A DNA stretch of 64,000 bases from Schizochytrium sp. TIO01 (Eukaryota; Protista; Bigyra: Labyrinthulomycetes): contig SMSO01000007.1 in assembly GCA_004764695.1 (NCBI GenBank), forward strand, positions 1,805,270-1,869,269, written 5' to 3'. A program made the position numbers and the translations under genes. This document shows positions 56,401-64,000 of this stretch, in pieces. Position 1 is the stretch's first letter. The number at the start of each line of letters is the position of its first letter. The notes beneath the pieces were generated by a model. That model had not been told where the DNA came from and searched no databases. It was given only the letters and a program-made list of their open reading frames with translations.

Positions 56401-59400
56401 CTAGAGCCGAGCAGTTGAGTCAGCGTATTGCCGTTGTTCCCCTGGTGCACGACTGGCCCATTGTCGTCGTGAACCAGAGCAAACCTAAGAACGAAGAACC
56501 CGAAGACAGTGGGCGGTTTGAGCGTGAAAGCGTCGCCTTCCAGCAGGGAATTGAGACCGGCGGTCCCTCGCGAGCCGAGTTTAGAGCATACGAGAGAACG
56601 GGCCAGGAGCGAAATCTCATTCTCGTTCATCGCGCAATGCACAAGCGACAGTGCCCGACTCGGCAGGTCTCAGCTCGAGCTCGATGCAAGGTGGCAATTT
56701 ATTCCTCTCGGTAAAAGAATCGAAGAGAAAGGACGCGGGTGGGCACATCTTCGCGGGCCAGATCTTGCCGTGAACTCGCATTCCTGTTTTTGCTTTCCTG
56801 CAGGAAATGGCCCACAACTTCGATGTGTTCTAGCAGTGCAATACTCCCAATCAGCAGTTTGAGGGTTATGCAGCTTTGAGTTCGCACTTAAACAAAAAAT
56901 GAAAGAACTGATGGATGCTGCAGAGTGATGGTTCAGGTGATGCAGATCGTTCTGCGATAGTTTTTATACGTATCGAAACAGCATCATCATAGGGAACAGT
57001 ACCTACCGCCACGAGGGATTTAATTAGTTTCGCCATCTTATATATGGTGCATGCGTGTGAACATGGCAAAGTAATCAATTCGCTTTTGATTGAATGTATT
57101 GCATCACTGAAGCAACTAGCTCAGGGTGATGAATAACTACCTTGGCATACTACTCCGTGGCGAAGGATGGTCGTCAGAGCAGAGTTTCCATGGGTGAGTG
57201 CAAAAGAGAAGATCAATTGGGTTCGGGTTGTTGCAAATTCGTTTTAGTACCTCCTCCTGACTTAACCAACGATTGAACTTTTTTGAAGAGGATCAATACT
57301 TTGGCCAATACTGCAGTACTCAACAATAGCAATTGAAGGGAGAGGGAGTTGAAGTGGCATACGCCGTGGTACACAATATGAGGCTTTTTAATTTCTTCTC
57401 ACAGTTCACGGCACAGCTTACGCAAGTGCGCCGACCATTCTCCGGGGTAAGGTAATGCCCCTATGAATCAAAGAGAGCTTTGTTCAAGTTGGATACGCTT
57501 ATTTTTAGTGTGGCTGCTCTTGGTCGCCACCTCTGATAGCCTCGACACCACACCCGAGTTGGCAGGAGTGATTTTGACGTACACCCCGAAAGAAGAAATA
57601 CGAAATTGACCTATCTTTGAGTTAAACTCAAGATTGCGCGACGGCAAAAGGAGTGGATGTTGACGAGTAGCACACCTTAGACAAAACTTCAAGGAGCTTC
57701 ATATCCAACAAGTTTCGAGCTTTCTATTAAATAATCTGAGCTTTTGGCTCTGATTCTTCGCATACACATGCTCTAAGCGGTAATTCTACCATGCCCAGTA
57801 TCCAGCAATCCTGCACTACAGCAGTGTACTCTCAGGTTGCACTACTAAACGGACAAATAGAACGAAACAGAACGACTCTGGCAGGCGACGGCGCAAACTT
57901 CTTTCCAATTGACTCGAAAACTTCTTGTCTTTTTTTTTTTTTTTTCCTTCTTTCCAACTATTCTTTAAAGATATCCTCTTGAGAGGTTTATTTTAAATGT
58001 TTGTTTTAAAGCGAGAACATGATTCAAACAATAAATACGAATTAAGATAAACCCCATTATTTACTTGCCTATACTGCTTTTATTCTACCCTATAATAATT
58101 TCAATGTAATCGATACTTCTTACTGTAGGGCTAGCACAACCACTAGTATCTCGGTCCTTTGTTTTCTTTCTGTTTCGTCTTTTATATTCATCATTTTAGA
58201 TATTACACTATTTTATTGAGACCTTCGTCGTCACACTCGTCATCGCCGTCGTCATCGATTCTGAGCTGCGCTCTACGTTGGTGCACTCGATACCTACTAC
58301 TGCTAGTACTGCACCTCCTTTCAACATGGATCATAAAGGACGCCACGGAATGCTTCAGGTAAAACTCGCTTTGATCCAATATCTCGCACGATATTGCATG
58401 AATCAATCCAAAGTTAAAAATACCGGTTTTGAGGTTGAGGACGACGAAATTGGCACCAAAGGCGTCAAAAGCTAAGAACAGAGAGTGGGTTCACTGATTG
58501 TGCGAAAGAAAATGGTACCCACCTCATGCATGCTAGGTCCGCATTTCTTTAGTAAGTCTAATGAAGAGCCTGAGAAGAGACTACATATCTTGCAAATTGA
58601 ATGACAAACTCTCAGAGACATCTTTCCCGAGTTACATTGTATTTTCAGTTTAATAAATACTTATTTTTAAAAGCAATTAAAAGAACACTTTAGTTATTTT
58701 AAAAAAAAAAAGAAAAAAAAAAAGAGAAGGTGAAAATTGATTAGAAGTGAAAACCCTCATCGAAAAGGGGAAATGAAATAAAGAAACCTGGCGATGAAAA
58801 TTGCAAACGTGGAAATCCCATTTCCTCTTTCTGCGCAAGGGCCACTGCCACCGCCATGCTCATAGGCACCTCACAGCAGGCTCTTTGTACCCTATTTGCC
58901 ACATCCCATTGCCGACTCTGGCGATGATGGCATCTGTCTCAGAGGAGGTTTGGCAAATAGGGCCACAGGCGATCTTTTCGAGATAGGAAAGCAGGCTTTA
59001 AAAAACAAAGTTAGTTGCCTTCTTTCTTCAAGAGGTCACACTGTCCCATCATAGTCCCCCAATCAGGGTTGGGTTTAGCCGACCGCGTGTCAAATCTCTG
59101 AATTGTCCCAAAACCGCTTCAGTAGTGCAGCAGTTGTAAAGGTGGGGCTGAGAAGTGGCCAGCCTCCGCCTCGCGGCCGCGGCCTTATCCCCCGGTTTTG
59201 CGTGGGTTTAAACGCACACACAATCCGTTTCGAGCGGCGGCTTCAGTCAAAGCACCTTCAAGTTTCCCGGTGCTCGTGTCCTTCATTGTTTCCCTTCAGG
59301 TCTCCAGAATGGGCGGCTCGGATAAACCGGGTGATCATTACGGGGAGTACAGAGGACGTTATAGCTGCCTGCCTCTGTAATGGCCCGCGAGACGTACGTG

Positions 59401-60808
59401 CAGAGCTCACCTCACTTTGGACTCGAAGTTTTTTTGCACATTCTTCGCATTCTGCTGAGGAGGGTCCCACTTTCAGGCCGCACGCATGATGCGTTGACGT
59501 GGATCGAGGATCTGATCACTATGAATAGGCTTTAGTCTGTGGGACTCGAGCTCTGGGCCGATTCCGAAAGGTTGGTAATGTTTTGCTCCAATCTGACGAC
59601 TGAGTTTTAAGTTTAATGTTATTTATTGTTAAAAAAATAAAATAAAATAAAAAATGAGACGCAGAGGGTAAAGATTGATGGGAGCAGCCTCTAATAAGAG
59701 GCGCTTCTGCTTCCGTGCGAGTCGTAGAAACTAAAGGGAAGTAGCTACTTGCTTACTGACGTACTTAAGTAGTTGGGATATTGGTGCACTCTATGTGCAA
59801 TGGGCGAGGCCAGTTAAAGAGGCTTATTTAGAATGCTTTTTGCACTATGTTTGTTTTACCTTACTTTATACTTTATGTTACTTTATGTTCTAATAATATA
59901 ATATGGAATAATATAATATGATATTGTATTTTTCATTTCATTTTAGTTTAGTTAGTTTAGTTTATGCTTATTGAAGAAGGTGTTGCTTACTTGGGCGGCC
60001 TGAGCAGAGCATCAACAAAGCTCCTTCGAATCATGGATGAGGTCGCAGAGCCTGGCGAATGTGGTTTTTGTACGATTTTATAAAATACGTCAAGCTTTTG
60101 CTTGTAGAAGTACCACAACATGTAGAACGAGTTAAAATCTTTACTCAAGCTAAGATAACTGCTAAAAGAGAAAAGCTTAAAAACTAGGATAAAAAACCAA
60201 TTAAACAAATCAACGCATTAGATAGATACCAAAGCGTATATATAAACCGTAGTAGTACGTGTGCGGAATAAAACTTGGGTGGTCACTCGACTTTTGGGTG
60301 TTGCCAATAAGTTATTTGTCTTCAGGACTCGTAGCCACAGCCATGGCTTTGGATTGCTCATGCTTCAATAAGCAAACTGCTTCTGCTATCCCCGCACAGC
60401 CATCGCATCGCTCATACTTAGGCCCCAGAACGACGTTTGATCCTCAACGAGAAATCCTGAAAACGAGAGGGTCCTTCGTAGATCAACAGATAATATGGCT
60501 GATATGAAGGCAGGTACCGCAGAAGACGCCTGAGATCATGTTTTTGACAACAAACTCGTACTACATAGGTATATCTTGCTGCACTCAGGCGTATGTGATC
60601 GTGCGTTGCGTATGCTTTGGCACCGTCGTAGACAGTGCAACCATCTTGAGCTGGAGATAGGCAGTAGTACAGATATACTGCGTCTCTGGGTCTGTGCGCC
60701 TGCGCAAGAGGCCGTGTCCTTTTCCGATGTCCTTTATATCTATGAACAGAGGAGAGAAGGAGAGAAAAGAGAAAGGATGCTCGCTACTGGTGGATAGGTG
60801 GCTACTAG

Positions 60809-60920
60809 AGCAATGCAAAGCAATGCAAAGCAATGCAATGCAAAGCAAAGCAATGAAAAGCAAAGCAAATGCAAAGCAATACAAAGCAAAGCAAAGCGAT
60901 GCGATGCGATGCGATGAAAT
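60809..60920. repeat. (GCAAT/GCAAA/GCGAT)n pentanucleotide microsatellite
   Basis: Directly visible; same family as 41085-41195 (opposite strand) and 53160-53400. Confidence 0.85.
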
Positions 60921-61124
60921 GAGATGGATGATGATGTTATTATCCTCTGCTCCAATTGATTAAAAAATAAAATAAAAATGATTTTGCATTAAGCCTGTAA
61001 TGTTTTAGATCTAAAAATGTGTCGCAGGAAAACTGGTTTATGAAAGAAGAAAAGAAAAGAAGTGGTCAAAGGCAACAGATTCATGCACCTGGTGCTTCTA
61101 TGAAGTAAAACTGTCTTTCTCTAC

Positions 61125-61158
61125 TAGCTAGCTAGCTAGCTAGCTAGCCAGCCAGCTA
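61125..61158. repeat. (CTAG)n/(CCAG)n microsatellite
   Basis: tagctagctagctagctagctagccagccagctag read directly. Confidence 0.85.
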
Positions 61159-61732
61159 GGCGACTCATTGACTGATCTAATTATTGATTTTCGTTTCTTT
61201 TTATTTATTTATTATTATTATTTTTAAATTAAATACTTTTGGCCAAAAAAAGAAAAAGAAAAAAAGAGACCTGTTGCTTACTTTGAGGAATAAAATAAAA
61301 ATGAACTATATCAAAAAATAATCCCAATGTCTGAGACATCGCTCATTACCCTTAGGAGTTGCGGATTGGGCCTTCTATTCGTGATGATTACGTCTTAGTG
61401 CTTACTCAAACGGACCATTTGGGTTTATTCGAAAGAGACAAGATTTAATCATCTTTTAAAAACGAATTAAATATCAAACCTGAAACTAATATTTCCTTTT
61501 TTAAAAGAAGTAAATAAAAAGTTGGATAATATAACTGCCATTCAACTGTTCTTATTGCCCAAGTCGATACTACAGTAATGCATGCATGCACCTGCTCGCT
61601 TTAAGCTTACACACCACCGCTTGCAGAGAGATAAGCGGCATTATATGTGTTGGGTCGCGAGGCACACTCAAGGCATGGAAATCTTTGGTTGATGCAAATC
61701 ACATGACGACGACTCATTGATCTTGAAGAATA

Positions 61733-61764
<32 letters not shown>

Positions 61765-62744
61765 ATGGAATCGATCACGATAATGGATGAGCCGGCATCT
61801 TTAATTTTTCCTTCCAGCAAAACCTTGTTCTTGGAAAAAGCAACACTCGGCAGCACTAGACGCAAGCGGGTTATGATGATGGATGATAAAGGGCAACGAC
61901 ATCATATCGTTGGTGGTCCTGTCAAGTCGCCAGGGAATCGCAGACTCGACAGGAAAGCAGGGACTGCTTCTGCTCCTGGGTAAGTACCTACATTCGAGGC
62001 TCAAGATGTTGCTTGCGTAGAGTAAGAGTGGAAAAGAGTAACAGTCTAAGGGATGATTATAAATCCCTCGGCTTGTATTTAATTTGATTAAATGTTATAT
62101 TAAAAAAATACTATAGGTTTCCTATCAGGGACTAGATGAAGAAAATGCTTTAGCATTGATTATATAGTTTCTTATTACTTTAATTTCTTTTTGAAAGGGA
62201 CACTGTTTTAACTTACAATTTTTCTTTTAAATAATAATAAAATAATAAAATACATGTAATATTCCGTTCTCTACCTTTTCCTTTGCCTACTAAGGAAAGG
62301 CTCTGACGGCGATAAATCCATGTGTGACGCAGTACGTGGGAAAGGAGGGCGCTATGCGAGTATGTTCTCTCGGCATCTCGAGTTGTCGAGGGTCCCCGCG
62401 CGCAAAATCGCCATAATCTCAGTTTTTCTTTTTTCCTTTCAATGACTAGATGAACTTTCCTTAATAGATAAATAAATAAACAAACAAACAAATAAATAAT
62501 ATTATAAACCTCTTTAGCGTGCTTATCTTCCAATTATAGAAGGAGCATAGGCAGTAGTAGCGCAGGCGTTTATTTAGTTTCTAATTTAAGGCTTTAAGTT
62601 CATGGAAGAAGAAAAGTGAAAATTAAAAGATATTTTATCTTGATTTAGTTATCATGGCTTATAAAATGGCGAGTAATGTTTGCAAAGGCCTTCAAGGCAA
62701 GACAAGCAAGGCAAGGCAAACAAACAAGCAAGCAAGCAAATCCA

Positions 62745-62778
62745 AATCGATCTCAATCTCGATCGATCGATCGATCGA
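62745..62778. repeat. (ATCG)n tract just upstream of the NNT start codon
   Basis: atcgatctcaatctcgatcgatcgatcgatcga read directly. Confidence 0.8.
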
Positions 62779-62817
62779 GTGCGAGTCCGTTCCGCCCTGC
62801 GTTTCCTCGGACCCGCG

Positions 62818-64000
62818 ATGGTGGTCGCCACGCCCTCGATGGCGCTTTCGCGCGGCCTCTCGCGCCAGCCTGCCTTGATGCTCTCGATGGCCTCCCAGTC
62901 TGCCGGCCGCCATGGTCTTCGGGCTATCGCCTCTACCTCCTTCTCTACCTCCTCCTCCCCGAGCCTCCGCATTGGTGTGCTTAAGGAGCCCGAGGCTCGC
63001 GTCGGTATGGTCCCTGAAAACCTTGACAAGCTCATCAAGAAGGGCGCTGAGGTCCGCGTCCAGGATGGTGCCGGTGCTGAAGCTGGCTTCTCCAACTCTC
63101 AGTACGAGGCCGTCGGCGCCAAGATCGTCGGCCGTGATGACGTGTGGAAGTCCGATGTCGTCGTCTCCGTGAACAAGCCTGCCAACGAGGAGCTTTCTAA
63201 GCTCGAGAACCGCATGATCGTTTCCCAGCTTCAGGCCCGCAACGACCCTTCGATCTACGATCTTCTCGCCAAGCAGAATGCATCCGGTATGTCCCTCGAC
63301 ATGCTCTTGCGTACCCTCTCTCGTGGCCAGGCCTTCGACGTTCTCAGTTCCCAGGCCAACGTCGCTGGATACAGGTCTGTCATCGAGGCAGGATACCAAT
63401 TCCAGCGTCCTTTCGCAGGCCAGATGACCGCCGCAGGCCGCATCAACCCTGCTCGAGTCCTTGTGTGCGGTACCGGTGTTGCTGGTCTCGCAGCCATCCA
63501 GGCTGCCAAGAACCTTGGTGCCATTGTGAACGCGTTCGATGTTCGCGCAGCTGCTGCAGAGCAGGTCCAGTCGATGGGAGCTACCTTCCTCAAGGTCGAG
63601 AGCGAGGAAGATGGTTCTGCCGCAGGTGGATACGCAAAGGAGATGTCTGCTGAGTGGTTCGAGGCGGCACGCAAGATGCTCCTCAAAGAGGCTGCTAAGA
63701 CTGACATTATCATCACAACTGCTCAGATTCCCGGTAAGAAGGCCCCGCTGCTCATCACCAAGGAGATGGTCGAAGCCATGCCCAGCGGTGGTGTGACTGT
63801 CGATCTTGCGGCGTCTACCGGAGGCAACGTTGAGACCACCGTCGCTGACAAGGTCGTGCAGGTGACTGGCAAGAACGGCCAGCTCATCAACTGCGTCGGC
63901 TACAGCAACATGCCTGCTCGCATGGCTTCCGTTGCTAGTACCCTGTACGGTGGCAACGTGTCTAAGCTTCTGCTCAGCATGTACGACAAGGAGGGCAACT
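62818..64000 (+). CDS. NNT: Mitochondrial NAD(P) transhydrogenase, N-terminal part (presequence + NAD(H)-binding domain I); runs off the window end and is absent from the ORF track
   Basis: Open frame from ATG 62818: MVVATPSMALSRGLSRQ (presequence-like)...IGVLKEPEARVGMVP, GAGAEAGF, QAFDVLSSQANVAGYRSV, GQMTAAGRINPARVLVCGTGVAGLAAI, FDVR, GGYAKEMS, TTAQIPGKKAP, VDLAASTGGNVE. No stop before 64000. Confidence 0.95.
   Translation, partial: MVVATPSMALSRGLSRQPALMLSMASQSAGRHGLRAIASTSFSTSSSPSLRIGVLKEPEARVGMVPENLDKLIKKGAEVRVQDGAGAEAGFSNSQYEAVGAKIVGRDDVWKSDVVVSVNKPANEELSKLENRMIVSQLQARNDPSIYDLLAKQNASGMSLDMLLRTLSRGQAFDVLSSQANVAGYRSVIEAGYQFQRPFAGQMTAAGRINPARVLVCGTGVAGLAAIQAAKNLGAIVNAFDVRAAAAEQVQSMGATFLKVESEEDGSAAGGYAKEMSAEWFEAARKMLLKEAAKTDIIITTAQIPGKKAPLLITKEMVEAMPSGGVTVDLAASTGGNVETTVADKVVQVTGKNGQLINCVGYSNMPARMASVASTLYGGNVSKLLLSMYDKEGN

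Overview
Eukaryotic genomic DNA with apparently intron-free CDSs and AT-rich, microsatellite-laden intergenic tracts. It is most consistent with a stramenopile protist such as a labyrinthulomycete/thraustochytrid, but that is an inference from gene content and style only. Genes read from left to right: 3' end of a MOB1-family gene; ACL5/thermospermine-synthase-like aminopropyltransferase with an N-terminal hydrophobic segment; a 902-aa mRNA-capping protein fusing a TTM/CYTH RNA triphosphatase to a cap guanine-N7 methyltransferase with no visible guanylyltransferase; an F-box/LRR protein; D-aminoacyl-tRNA deacylase with a PYM/eIF2A-like C-terminal module; a kinesin with an out-of-frame upstream F-box ORF; a PDZ-PH protein ending in a UBAP1-like UMA motif; a tandem pair of TLC-like membrane proteins (second copy frameshifted); eEFSec; RMDN1-like; glutamate decarboxylase; a ~23-kb stretch with no recognisable gene; and the 5' part of mitochondrial NAD(P) transhydrogenase. 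The most interesting signals are unusual domain fusions (TPase-MTase capping enzyme, DTD-PYM, PDZ-PH-UMA, split F-box/kinesin). No rRNA, tRNA, CRISPR array or intact mobile element was recognised. All family assignments come from motif recognition by eye, not from database searches.
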